NCBI RefSeq assembly: GCF_006345805.1
Contig: NW_021829608.1
Coordinates: forward strand, 1-52,375
Direction of reading: 5' to 3'
Source: Octopus sinensis
Taxonomy: Eukaryota
DNA: 52,375 nucleotides
In this document: piece after piece, positions 34,467 to 47,040 of the stretch
How the letters are laid out: the number at the start of each line of letters is the position of its first letter
How positions within the stretch are numbered: the first letter of the stretch is position 1
Translations under genes and position numbers: made by a program
The notes under the pieces: model-generated
Told to the model about the DNA's origin: nothing
Database searches by the model: none
What the model saw: the letters and a program-made list of their open reading frames with translations, nothing else

Positions 34467-34864
34467 CTCTCTTACTCTTTTACTTGTTTCAGTCATTTGA
34501 CTGCGGCCATGCTGGAGCACCGCCTTTAGTCGAGCAACTCGACCCCGGGACTTATTCTTTTTGTAAGCCCAGTACTTATTGTATCGGTCTCTTTTGCCGA
34601 ACCGCTAAGTAACGGGGACATAAACACACCAGCATCGGTTGTCAAGCAATGCTAGGGGGACAAATACAGACACACACACACGCACACACATATATATATA
34701 TACATATATACGACGGGCTTCTTTCAGTTTCCGCCACTCACAAGGCTTTGGTCGGCCCGGGGCTATAGTAGAAGACACTTGCCCAAGGTGCCACGCAGTG
34801 GGACTGAACCCGGAACCATGTGGTTGGTAAGCAAGCAACTTACCACACAGCCACTCCTGCGCCT
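34467..34864 (-). mobile_element. SINE, family A
   Basis: Homologous to the other copies. Confidence 0.9.
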
Positions 34865-35602
34865 ATTCTAACTATTTATTTATTTATTTATTTATCTATG
34901 TTCTTTGTACACATTGAAAAAAATACGCATACATATATATATTATGATATGTAGAAAAATACAAACTGAGACAAGAACGCATAAGAACTTAGAAGACGGT
35001 ACAACAAACACAGACAGGACATTCGAAGCCCTCAGTCTTCAGTCAATAACCGGATCATCGTAGTAATTTCGGCTGATTAATCTTGAGATTACTAGAACCG
35101 GCCAGCCCTCCAGGAGAAACTAAGCAACGAGCATTAGAAAAACTAAGCTAGGAGTGTGGGAGGGTGTATTTTACGGAGGTGTGCTTGTATAGATCGTATG
35201 CTGGAACGAAAACAACTGCAGCGTGGAAGGTGTTTATAAGCCATTTAAGAAACACACAAAAAACGTTAGATTAACTTCAACATTTAAATTTAATTTGTCA
35301 AATTTGTCCTGCATATACATACAGGAACACCTACCAACATACACACTTATACATGTAGAGAAAGCGACGTTGTAAAGGGAACGCTAGTAATTTTTTTAAA
35401 TGCCGTTGAAGAAAGAGACGTCATTGGGTGAGGGAAGAGGAGAAGCTATAGAGGAAGAAAGAAGTAAAGAAAGAACAAAAGTTAAAGGAGGAGGGGGGAG
35501 GTACGAGCGAATAGAGAATTTATGATAAGATGGAAAGAAAAGATTAAGGGACGAATAGCGGGTATGAGAGAAGTAAGAATATAAAGATTAAAGATAACTC
35601 GC

Positions 35603-35971
35603 TTTACTCTCTCTTTTACTTGTTTCAGTCATTTTGACTGCGGCCATGCTGGAGCACTGCCTTTAGCTGATCGAGCAACTCGACCCCGAGACTTATTCTT
35701 TTTGTAAGCCCAGTACTTATTCTATCGGTCTCTTTTTGCCGAACCGCTAAGTGACGGGGACGTAAACACACCAGCATCGGTTGTCAAGCGATGTTTGGAT
35801 GGGACAAACACAGACACACAAACATACATACACACACATATACATATATATATATATATATACATATATATACGACGGGCTTCTTTCAGTTTCCGTCTAC
35901 CAAATCCACTCACAAGGCTTTGGTCGGTCCGAGGCTATAGTAGAAGACATTTGCCCAAGGTGCCACGCAGT
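35603..35971 (-). mobile_element. SINE, family A, lacking the tRNA head
   Basis: Homology stops at ccaaggtgccacgcagt. Confidence 0.88.
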
Positions 35972-36874
35972 TGCAGAAATTATTATTAGGTAAGGAGTAG
36001 ATATTATTTGGTAAGGCAAAAAGAGTGGGGGGTTTTTCCAATGCAAACACCTGTAACAACGATCATTAAAGGCGTTGACCAGATTATGTTTAGAAAATAA
36101 AATAAGTAGTTGTTAGAAGGCACAATGAGGACAGAAAGATTTCCCTTTGTCATAGGGAAACGATCTTGATAAAATTTTCCAATCTAAAGAGAGATGTTTA
36201 TTAGAGTCTTTAAGGTGCCAAATTAGATTTCTAAGTCCTGTAGAATTACACTTATGACTGTATTTAAAAGTAGAAAGATGGTTCGCGATACGGCATTTCA
36301 ACTCCGTAGAAGACAATCCAAAGTAAAAAAAATTCTTTAGATCCAGAGTAATTTTGCATTGGTGAACATTTTTAATACGGTAATTTCTATTGAGGACAAG
36401 TTTTATTCGGTTCACGGTTGTAAGGAGAAATATCATTGATATTATTATTCAAGGAAAGATTATCGTTAATATAATTAATGTCATTACAGTTATTAAGAGA
36501 GACTCTATTACCTTTAAGAATATAGTTATTATGCGATAATATAATCTGCAGGAGGCTACTGGTGTTGGAGAAGCCATTTCTGCTACAGTGGGTGTTGAAA
36601 ATTGAGTGGTACCTGGAATTTATGGGAAAGTTCCTTTCGAAAGCTTGACAAAATAGATGGGGAAGGTTACTTTTAACTTCTTTAGCGTATGGAACAATCA
36701 ACCTGATATTTTTACTAGAGTTATGCGATTTATGGGGACATTTGTAGTTTAAAAAAACCTAATGTTTTTTTTTTTAAGAACGGAAAAAGGGTGGGGAAAT
36801 ATAGTTACTTACCTTTGACTGTTTTCAAAATTCAGAAGGTAAGGGTTATAGCTATTTGGATGTAATGAGATATT

Positions 36875-37035
36875 TATACGACGGGCTTCTTTCAGTTTCC
36901 TTCTACCAAATCCACTCACAAGGCTTTGGTCGGCCCGAGGCTATAGTAGAAGACACTTACTCAAGGTGCCACGCAGTGGGACTGAACCCGGAACCATGTA
37001 GTTGGTAAGCAAGCTACTTACCACACAGCTACTCC
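36875..37035 (-). mobile_element. SINE family A, 5' half
   Basis: Homology. It shares its flank with the copy at 37781-37935. Confidence 0.85.
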
Positions 37036-37358
37036 AAATTTTTGTTATATTGGTAGGGTGGTTAATAAAAATTCAGATTATTGTCTACGGGAGGAACAAT
37101 GGGAGTATTACTATTAATAATATTATTACTATTATTATTGTTATTAGTATTATTATTGTTTTTATTACTACTATTATTATTATCAATAGCATAATTACTA
37201 CCATCTAGATGTTTAGAGGAAGAGTTAGGGACAAGATGGTTATAAGATTTAATTTGTTCCTTACATCCTGCTTTATATGAGGCTGAATTATAGAAATCAA
37301 CGATTTTATTGAAAACGGTTTATTTGGCGGATAATTCAGAGATTCTAAGCAATATGTT

Positions 37359-37935
37359 TTTACTCTTTACTTGTTTCAGTCATTTGACTGTGGCCATGCT
37401 GGAGCACCGCATTTGGTCGAGCAAATCGACCCCGGGACTTATGCTTTGTAAGCCTAGTACTTTTTCTATCGGTCTCTTTTTGCCGAACCGCTAAGTTACG
37501 GGGACGTAAGCACACCAGCATCGGTTGTCAAGCGATGTTGGATGGGACAAAGACAAACAAACATACACACACACACACACACACACACATCGCTTGACAA
37601 CTGATGCTGGTGTGTTTACGTCCCCGTAACTTAGCGTTCGGCAAAAAGAGAACGATAGAATAAGTACTAGGCTTACAAAGAATAAGTCCTGGGGTCGATT
37701 TGCTCGACTAAAGGCGGTGTTCCAACATGGCCACAGTCAAATGACTGAAACAAGTAAATATACATATATATACATATATACGGCGGGCTTCTTTCAGTTT
37801 CCTTCTACCAAATTCACTCACAAGGCTTTGGTCGGCCCGAGGCTATAGTAGAAGACACTTACTCAAAATGCCACGCAGTGGGACTGAATCCGGAACCATG
37901 TGGTTGATAAGCAAGCTACTTACCACACAGCTACT
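37359..37935 (-). mobile_element. SINE family A containing an inverted duplicate of its own 3' half
   Basis: Minus 3' half at 37359-about 37560, plus-strand 3' half at 37588-37758, minus 5' half at 37781-37935. Confidence 0.85.
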
Positions 37936-38569
37936 CCAAATTTTTGTTATATTGGTAGGGTGGTTACTAAAAATGCTGATGTATTTCAGCTTGGATGAAG
38001 GTTTATGGTATGGGAAATATAAGGCTGCATTTAAGTTGAGAGTAAGATCAAGGAAGTCAACCTCAGTTCTATCATCATCGAAATACTAAAAATTTGACAA
38101 GACTGGCGTTTAACTGTTTGTAATTTTTGACTAGAGACATTTTGGAGGTAAGGGGTGCAGTCGTCACGATATAAACCACCGAGAATATATGGGAATTGGT
38201 CGGCCATTTCTGATAGAATATAAATACCGACCAAATCAGCTATTTGAGCGGAATCGCTAGTACCCATAGAGATATCAAAGCAGTCGGGTCGATCTTTACA
38301 AGTAATATTGACTTTTGCAATACATCTAGATTATAGGATATTTCTAAAGTTTCCACATGTTTCTTCAGGTTAAGTGACATTGGAACCCATTACTCCGATG
38401 ACAGCAGGGATAACCTTTATGCTAGACTACCGTAGCTGCCACGTCTTGGCGATCTCAATTCCCAGGTTTCCATATTTATCAATTTTTTTTTTCTCTTTCT
38501 TTCATGATCACATGTTGATCTCCTGGCACTGCCACGTCGATTATTCGGCACTCTTGCTTGTGCCTCCTT

Positions 38570-38678
38570 TCGACCCCGAAAGGATGAAAGGCAAAGTCGA
38601 CCTCGGCGGAATTTGAACTCAAAACGTAAAGACTGACGAAATACCGCTAATCAGTTCGCTAACGTTTCTACCAGCTCC
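38570..38678 (-). mobile_element. SINE family C, 5' part
   Basis: tcgaccccgaaaggatgaaaggcaaagtcgacctcggcggaatttgaactc. Confidence 0.85.
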
Positions 38679-38706
38679 TTGTCTTTCAGTATTACATTAT
38701 TGAATT

Positions 38707-38910
38707 ACTCTTTACTCTTTTATTTGTTTCAGTCATTTGACTGCGGCCATGCTGGAGCACCGCCTTTAGTCGAGCAAATCGACCCCAGAAACTTATTCTT
38801 TGTAAACCTAGTACTTATTCTATCGGTCTCTTTTGCCGAACCGCTAAGTAACGGGGACGTAAACACAACCAGCATCGGTTGTCAAGCAATGCTAGGGGGA
38901 CAAACATATA

Positions 38911-38943
<33 letters not shown>

Positions 38944-39114
38944 CAATATACGACAGGCTTCTTTCAGTTTCCGTCTACCAAATCCACTCACAAGGCATTG
39001 GTCGGCCCGAGGCTATAGCAGAAGACACTTGCCCAAGATGCCACGCAGTGGGACTGAACCCGGAACCATGTGGTTGGTTAGCAAGCTACTTACCACACAG
39101 CCACTCCTGCGCCT
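38707..39114 (-). mobile_element. SINE, family A
   Basis: Homology, full length. Confidence 0.9.
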
Positions 39115-39697
39115 ATTAGTTCTTTATAATTTTTATTAGTTCTTTTATAAACACTAGATTTATTCATAACATCAAAATGGATAAAATAGTGACATATAAA
39201 AGGAGAAAGAAAATAGATAATGAAATAACACATAAAAAGCTGAAAGTGAAAGTAGTTTCATTTGCTATCCTTGCTATACGTGAAAAGTATTTCTTTCATT
39301 CCTTTAAAATTATGATTGCTACAAGCATTATCGTCATGACAGAGGAAGTTTGATTCGCGGACGGGCGTAACAAAGAGATGAATATAGGTTATAAAGCTGC
39401 GATAACGAATAAAAGAGAAAATGATTGCATTGAATGAAAGCTGTTGAGGGTGTGAGGTGTGGGATTTGAGTAAGAGATCGTATTGAAAATTAAAAACAAT
39501 ATTGCCATTTTCATTAAAGTTTATTAAAATTGGAATTTTTAAGATTCTACTTGCCATTTAAAGATTGATCCAAAGACTGCGTAAAATAATACATACACAG
39601 AGAGAGACAGACATATGTACGTACGTACGTGCGTGCGTATATGCGTGCGTACATAGATATATACATACATATATACATATTTATATACATACATATA

Positions 39698-40137
39698 TGG
39701 CTGTGTGGTAAGTAGCTTGTTTACCAACCACATGGTTCCGGGTTCAGTCCCACTGCGTGGCACCTTGGGCAATTGTCTTCTACTATAGCCTCGGGCCGCC
39801 CAAAGCCTTGTGAGTGGATTTGGTAGACAGAAACTGAAAGAAGCCCGTCGTATATATATATATACATATATATTATACATATATATATGTGTGTGTTTTG
39901 TGTGTGTGTGTGTGGGGGGGGGTGTTCGTGTGTCTGTGTTTGTCCCCCTAGCATTGCTTGACAACGATGCTGGTGTGTTTTAATGTCCCCGTTACTTACT
40001 GCGGTTCGGCAAAAAGAGAACCGATAGAAAAAGTACTGGGCTTACAAAAGAATAAGTCCTGGATCGAGTTGCTCGATTAAAGGCGGGCTCCAGCATGGCC
40101 ACAGTCAAATGACTGAAAAAAGTAAAGAGTAAAAGAG
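39698..40137 (+). mobile_element. SINE, family A
   Basis: Homology; the first bases of the head are missing. Confidence 0.9.
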
Positions 40138-40415
40138 TATACATATATAGATACATATGTACTTACATACTTACGTACATGTATGCGTATATGTATATGT
40201 ACATGTTACATGTATAAGTAACAACATCTGATTGGCTAGCCAGTCACGTGATCAAGTATCATTCCAAAGATGAAGCTTTGTATCTTTGTTGGAAATGCTT
40301 CCTGCCTTACAGAAAGATTTCAAATAAAACTCGCTCGCACGTACGCACACACATACACACATACACACATACATACACACACACACACACACTTGCGAAA
40401 CAGCATGCCCAAATG

Positions 40416-40625
40416 ATGGTAGAATCGTTAGAACGCCGGGCGATATGCTTTGCGTTGTTTCGTCAGCAGCTACGTTCTGAGTTCAAAACTCCGCCGAGGT
40501 CGACTTTGCCTTTCATCCTTTCGGGGTCGATAAATTAAGTACCAGTTACGCACTGGGGTCGATGTAATAATTGACTAGATCCCTCCCAAAATTTCAGGCC
40601 TTGTGCCCTTATTAGAAAGGATTAA
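40416..40625 (+). mobile_element. SINE, family C variant (different tail)
   Basis: Central domain essentially identical to 30030-30259. The tail is ccctcccaaaatttcaggccttgtgccc...tagaaagg. Confidence 0.85.
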
Positions 40626-40964
40626 GAAGTTCGTTTGCAACTACGAAAGTCCTGAGTTCGAGCCTACTGCGAGCATGTTTGCAGGTATCGTTTTCTAAAG
40701 CTTGGAATCGACCCAGACTACAATGAGTGGAAACGGGTGGACGGAAACTGTACAGAAGCCCCGTCGGTGAATTGCAATTCAGTCTTCCGGATCTGTCACG
40801 CTATGTCTCGATGCCCCCCCCCTGCCTCCTTAGAATTACGTTAAGGTTGCGTGTCTGCGGAATACTCAACCACTTACAAGTGAATTCATAGATTTAATAG
40901 TTAATCGAAAGCCAAGACTGCTCGTTACCAGAAATTCTGACCGACGTCCATTTATATGTACGTC

Positions 40965-41399
40965 TTTTATCTTTTACTTGTTTCTGTTATTAGTCTGCGG
41001 CCTTCCTGGAGCATTGTCTTATAGAATTTTAGTTGAACGAATCGACCCCAGTAGAATTTATTCTAACGGCCTCTTGAATCGAACTGCTAAGTAACGGGGA
41101 ACGTAAACACACGAACACATGATGGAAAACAAACACACGTACACACACAAACGCAACCACCCATACACATAGACACAGGCACACACAAATGCATGCATAC
41201 ACACAGACACACACACACACACACACATACAAACAGACACATATAGAAACGACATGCTTCTCTCAGTTTCTGTCAAATATATCCACTCACAAGACTGGTT
41301 GGCCCGACACTATAGTAAAAGGCACTTGCCCAAGGTGCCGAACAGTAGAATTGAACCTTGAATCATGTGGTTGAGAAGCAAACTTCTCACCATACTGCC
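40965..41399 (-). mobile_element. Old, diverged family-A-type SINE
   Basis: Recognisable tail, central microsatellite and head (ttgcccaaggtgcc...aatcatgtggttg). Confidence 0.7.
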
Positions 41400-41528
41400 A
41401 TATGTATGTTTGCGGTGTGTGTGTTTGTTTATTTAGTTTTATTTCAAGAGAGATAAATAGAGATAGAGCCGGTTTCTAACCTAGATCCAAGGTTCCTTTA
41501 TTGGAATTTCAACAGCAACAGTATTTTT

Positions 41529-41687
41529 GTATGTATGTATGTATTTATGTATGTATGTATGTATGTATGTATGTATGTATGTATGTATGTATGTATGTAT
41601 GTATGTATGTATGTATGTATGTATGTATGTGTATGTATGTATGTATGTATGTATGTATGTATGTATGTATGTATGTATGTATGCATG

Positions 41688-41721
<34 letters not shown>

Positions 41722-42262
41722 TGTATGTATGTATGTATGTATGTATGTATGTATGTATGTATGTATGTATGTAGGTGTGTATGTATGTATGTATGTATGT
41801 ATGTATGTATGTATGTATGTATGTATTGTGTGTATGTATGTGTATGAATGTATGTATGTATGTATGTATGTTGTGTATGTTGTGTGTGTGTGTATGTATG
41901 TATGTATGTATGTATGTATGTATGTATGTATGTATGTATGTATGTATGATGAATGTATGTATGTGTGTGGTGTGTGTATGTATGTATGTATGTATGTATG
42001 TATGTATTATATGAATGTATGTATGTTTGTATGTATGTATGTATTTATGTATGTATGATGTTGTATGTGATGTATGTATGTATGTATGTATGTATGTAGT
42101 ATAATGTATGTATGTATGTATTATGTTGTATGTATGTATGTATTTATGTATGTATGTATGTTTTTATGTATGTAAATGTATGTATGTACGTGTGTATGTA
42201 TGTATGTATGTATGTATGTATGTATGCATGTATGTATGCATGCATGTATGTATGTATGTATA
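41529..42262. repeat. Long (TATG)n array
   Basis: Direct reading of the sequence. Confidence 0.97.
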
Positions 42263-42666
42263 TACGTGTCCTTGCAGATTTGTATGTTTTATTTTATCTA
42301 TGTCTTCTCATGCATATACAAGTATATCTAGACATGTTCGTATATATTTAAATGATAAACTTCTAGAAAGTTTTACAGATTTTTATAGTTCCAGCGATGG
42401 CTTGAATTTGTAGTCTTCGAATCAACTTTCTCCTTTCTGGTTTGGGAAGCCTATTTTCTCAAGATCAGTACTTAGGTAATGGGTTACATATCTCTGTGCC
42501 TCAATTATTTCAGGTATAAATCTGAACTTGAAATCTGTTTAAAGTGACTGTATATTTCTCAATAATTCAGCGTAGGTACTTCCTTTTTCGTAGGAAGCTA
42601 GCTTTAGTTAACAAAAACCAGGCAGTTGATTTCCACAACAGTAAACAATTTCTATAATGTATGTAT

Positions 42667-42927
42667 GTGTTCTCGAGCAAGGCACTTATTTCACATTTGC
42701 TCCAGTTCACTCAGCGTAGAAATGAGTTGCGACGTCACTGGTTGCCAAGCTGTATCGACCTTTGTCTTTCCCTTGGATAACACTGGTGGCGTGGAGAGGG
42801 GAGGCTGGTAGCCTGGGGCGACTGCTGGCCTTCCATAAACAACCTGCCCGGACTTGTGTCTAGGAGGGTAAACTTTCTAGGTGCAATCCCATGGTCATTC
42901 ATGACCGAAGGGGTCTTTACCCCTTTA
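42667..42927 (+). mobile_element. SINE family B, 5'-truncated
   Basis: Reverse complement of 46728-47040. Confidence 0.85.
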
Positions 42928-43245
42928 TGTATGTATGTATGTATGTCTGTATGTATGTATATATGTATGTATGTATGTTTGTTTGTATGTATGTATGTAT
43001 GAATGAATGTATGTATGTATGTGTGTATAAACAAAAGATCACTCGTATATAGATAATATATATATATATATAGATAATATATATATATATATACATACAT
43101 ATATATATATATATATGTATGTATGTACGTATGTATGTATGTATGTATGTATGTATGTATGTATGTATGTATGTATGTATGTATGTGTGTATGTATGTAT
43201 GTATGCATGTATGTATGTGTGTGTGTATGTATGTATGTATGTATG

Positions 43246-43279
<34 letters not shown>

Positions 43280-43550
43280 TGTATGTATGTGAATGTATGT
43301 ATGTATGTATGTATGTATGTATGTATGTATGCATGTATGTGTGTATGTATGTATGTGAATGTATGTATGTGTGTATGTATGTATGTGAATGTGTGTATGC
43401 ATGCATGTATGTATGTATGTATGTATGCATGTATGTATGTATGTATGTATGTATGTATGTATGTATGTATGTGTGTGTGTGTGTGTGTATGTTTGTGTGT
43501 GTGTATGTATGTGAATGTATGTATGTATGTATGCATGTAGGCATGCATGA
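42928..43550. repeat. (TATG)n/(TA)n array
   Basis: Direct reading of the sequence. Confidence 0.97.
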
Positions 43551-43976
43551 ATGTATAATTACATTAATGCTATTATTGTGTGGATATCTCTTAGAATTAC
43601 TGAATTTTCAAAGTAGGATCTTTTCTCTTGGAACATTGAATATAAATTCGATTTCTTCAGATTGAATACAAATATATTTTTATGAACAAGTAGGTATAAT
43701 CAGTATAGTTAATTAATTTTAGTGTGTTAATGGTAAATTATCGATTACAATATCCCAAAGGCGTTAAATATTTGGGCACCACCGTTATCCTAGAAATGTG
43801 GTCCCATTTTGTATTGATTGTTCAAAGAAGCGCATCTAATAATATCAGAGAATCTCTAAGCAGTAGTTTGACATATTACAAATAGCAACCAATATTTTTT
43901 TTCACACCCTCCCTTCTAATAATATAGATGTAGATGACCGGCTGCCTTTTATCGCTGAGTTAATTTGAGGATGAAA

Positions 43977-44761
43977 TCTTTATATATAAAAGTGAAGTTG
44001 TGTGTCTGTCTCCTACGATTTAGATTCCTAACTACTCCCACATTTTGCGGTGCAGTTTAACCAAAACCGGGTATCTTATAGTCGTGATTCATATCGACGA
44101 GCCTTCTGGTATTAGCGCGCGTCTACGATGAGTCTACGATTTAAAAAAAAACAAAACAAAATTCTTTCCATTTTAATGCATTTTTCGCTATTATATAAGG
44201 GAAGTAACTCTCTAAAATGTCTACGATGAGTCAACGATTTTTTAAAAAAATTACCATAATTTTTTTTCCTTTTAATGCATTTTTTGCTATTTTTGGCTAT
44301 AACTCTCTAAAAAATGCTTATATAGTTATTTCCTTACAAACCCGAGCAACGCCGGGCGATACTGCTAGTCTTTATATATAAAGAGAAGTTGTGTGTCTGT
44401 CTCCTACGATTTAGATTCCTAACTACTCCCACATTTTGCGGTGCAGTTTAACCAACCGGGTATCTTATAGTCGTGATTCATATCGAGCCCTTCTGGGTAT
44501 TAGCGCGCGTCTACGATGAGTCTACGATTTAAAAAAAAACAAAACAAAATTCTTTCCATTTTAATGCATTTTTCGCTATTATATAAGGGAAGTAACTCTC
44601 TAAAAATGTCTACGATGAGTCAACGATTTTTAAAAAAAATTTACCATATTTGTTTTCCATTTTTATGCATTTTTTTTTGCTATTTTTTGGCTATAAACTC
44701 TCTAAAATGCTTATATAGTTATTTCCCTTACAACCCGAGCAACGCCGGACGATACTGCTAG
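43977..44761 (+). mobile_element. Head-to-tail dimer of a non-autonomous Helitron
   Basis: Unit 1 spans 43977-44368 and unit 2 spans 44369-44761. Each starts TCTTTATATATAAA and ends in the hairpin CCCGAGCAACGCCGG(G/A) plus CTAG. The junction is CTAG|TC and the outer flanks are A| and |T. Confidence 0.9.
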
Positions 44762-45092
44762 TAATCTTATAAAGCAGAATAACATATCTAAAAAAAGAAT
44801 AGATGACGACCGCTTCTGTCCCTTCGATTTGCTGTCTTCATACCAATGCTACTGCTACAAGATACTGAAGATAAAAATGAACACGGCAATAACTAAAACA
44901 ACAACAACAATAGCGACTGTAATAATTGCAACATGTAATAATTTGTATTGTAATGTTTAATCGTTTTCGGTCTTTGTATCCAGTTTTCGAAAAAAGAGTT
45001 AGGATGTGAAACAGGTCTGCTTCTGGCTCGGGCGCTCAGCCACAGAAGAATTTGAACTTAATTTTGCAGGCCTTTACAACACTCGTCAAATA

Positions 45093-45324
45093 TATTTCTT
45101 TACTACCCACCAGGGGCTAAACACAGAAGGGACAAAGAAGGACAGACGAAGGGATTAAGTCGATTATATCGACACCAGTACGTAACTGGTACTTAATTTA
45201 TCGACCCCGAAAGGATGAAAGGCAAAGTCGACCTCGGCGGAATTTGAACTCGGAAAGTAACGACAGACGAAATAAGGCTACGCATTTCGCCCGGCGTGCT
45301 AACGTTTCTGCCAGCTCGCCGCCT
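45093..45324 (-). mobile_element. SINE, family C (full length)
   Basis: Reverse complement of 30030-30259. Confidence 0.9.
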
Positions 45325-45826
45325 TTATGCTTTACTACTCGTCAAATATGCTTTACTACTGCTGCTACTAATACAAAAGCTGCTACTGTTACTCTTCCTG
45401 TTGCTTATAGTTGAAAACTATTCCATGAATGAGGGAGCGGTTACGTGAATGCGTGGCTGCTAGCAAAAGCAGGGCCAAGTGTCTTTAAAGATTCATATCT
45501 CACCCACCGTCTTAAGAAAAAAGTTAGAAGGAGAACTGGATAAATCTACTTATTGGATAAACTGTCTCAATAATTTTTTCCGTATTAGTCACAACTGCCG
45601 GAACACATTTGATCAAGATTAACTAGAGCCTAAACAACAATGACAATAACAACACCTGCTATTTCGTTGCATGTAAAACGAACTCAGCTGTTGAACCGTA
45701 ATGGGACAATAGAACCCAGGGGGGAAGTAATAATAGCATCGACAGATGTTAAATACAACAGTTCACAATTATTTTGTCGTGAGGAAACGTAGAAGACTGA
45801 AGCTTGGAGAAGAACCCTTCGTAGTA

Positions 45827-46063
45827 CTCTTCTACTTGTTTCTGTCATTTGACTGCGGCCATGCTGGAGCACCGCCTTTTAGTCGAATCAAATCGACCCC
45901 AGGACTTATTCTTTGTAAGCCTAGTACTTATTCTATCGGTCTCTTTTGCCGAACGCTAAGTGACGGGGATGTAAACACACTAGCATCGGTTGTTAAGCGA
46001 AGTTGTGGAGGGGGGGACACAAACTCAGAAACACAAACATACACACACACACATATATATGTG

Positions 46064-46106
<43 letters not shown>

Positions 46107-46111
46107 TATAT

Positions 46112-46142
<31 letters not shown>

Positions 46143-46400
46143 GCAGTGGTACCCCAGCATGGCCGCGCCTTCGGGCTAAACATTTTTAAGGATTTAAGGA
46201 TATATATATATATATAATATAGATATAGGCATATGTACGACGGGCTTCTTTCAGTTTCCGTCTCTCACATCCACTCACAAGGCTTTGGTCGGCCCGAGGC
46301 AATAGTAGAAGACACTTGCCCAAGGTGCCACGCAGTTGAAGGAACCCAGAACCATGTGGTTGGTAAGCAAGCTACTTACCACACAGCCACTCCTACGCCT
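45827..46400 (-). mobile_element. SINE family A with a short related tail inserted in its microsatellite (about 46141-46200)
   Basis: Homology. The insert reads gtggtaccccagcatggccgc... Confidence 0.85.
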
Positions 46401-46727
46401 ACTGGTGAAGATTGGAAATAGTGACTGCGAAAAAAAACCCAAAAAAAACAAAAGTGAAAACATGAACAGCGAAGTGAGCAAGGAAAGAGATATCAGAGGC
46501 AATACAAGAAAACATTGTGGCAAATGTATAAGCGTTAGCATATTCGATGGAGTAAGCCAAGAAATTTAAATAAATTTTCTAACTGGCTGTTTGATGAGTC
46601 AACCTCAAAATTTTAGTTGATTAAATATGGAAAACAGTGGTGAAGTGAGTTTGATAATTAGCAATAGCGTGATAACTCCGAACATGATTCACTTCATGCA
46701 TATGACTGATGAAACTTAGAATGACTA

Positions 46728-47040
46728 TAAAGGGTAAAGACCCCCTTCGGTCATGAATGACCATGGGATTGCACCTAGAAAGTTACCCTCCTAGACACAA
46801 GTCCGGGTAAGGTTGTTTATGGAAGACCAGCAGTCGCCCATGCATACCAGTGTTATCCAAGGGAAAGACAAAGGTCGATACAGCTTGGCACCAGTGACGT
46901 CGCAACTCATTTCTACAGCTGAGTGAACTGGAGCAACGTGAAATAAAGTGCCTTGCTCGAGAACACAACACGCAGCCCGGTCCGGGATTCGACCTCACAA
47001 CCTCACGATCGTAAGCTCGACGCTCTAACCACTGAGCCAT
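46728..47040 (-). mobile_element. SINE, family B
   Basis: The minus head is ATGGCTCAGTGGTTAGAGCGTCGAGCTTACGATCGTGAGGTTGTGAGGTCGAATCCCGGACC. Confidence 0.88.

Larger units (their letters stand above)
36050..38350 (-). mobile_element. Second, divergent Penelope-like element fragmented by SINEs
   Basis: RT: FDISMGTSDSAQIADLVGIYIL...GGLYRDDC (about 38030-38290). Also NHPTNITK (about 37940-37970), thumb RISELS..VFNKIVDFYNSA (about 37260-37345), linker FERNFPINSRYHSIFN, and GIY-YIG VHQCKI...YFGLSSTELKCRIANH...WHLKD...WKIL (36113-36436). Confidence 0.85.

Noticed and set aside
35015-35125. Minus-strand CTGAAGA...GAAT...GTC and GGCTG...CAGCC-GAAA as hammerheads
   Set aside because: The first lacks GAAA and stem I pairing. 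The second lacks a CUGANGA core.
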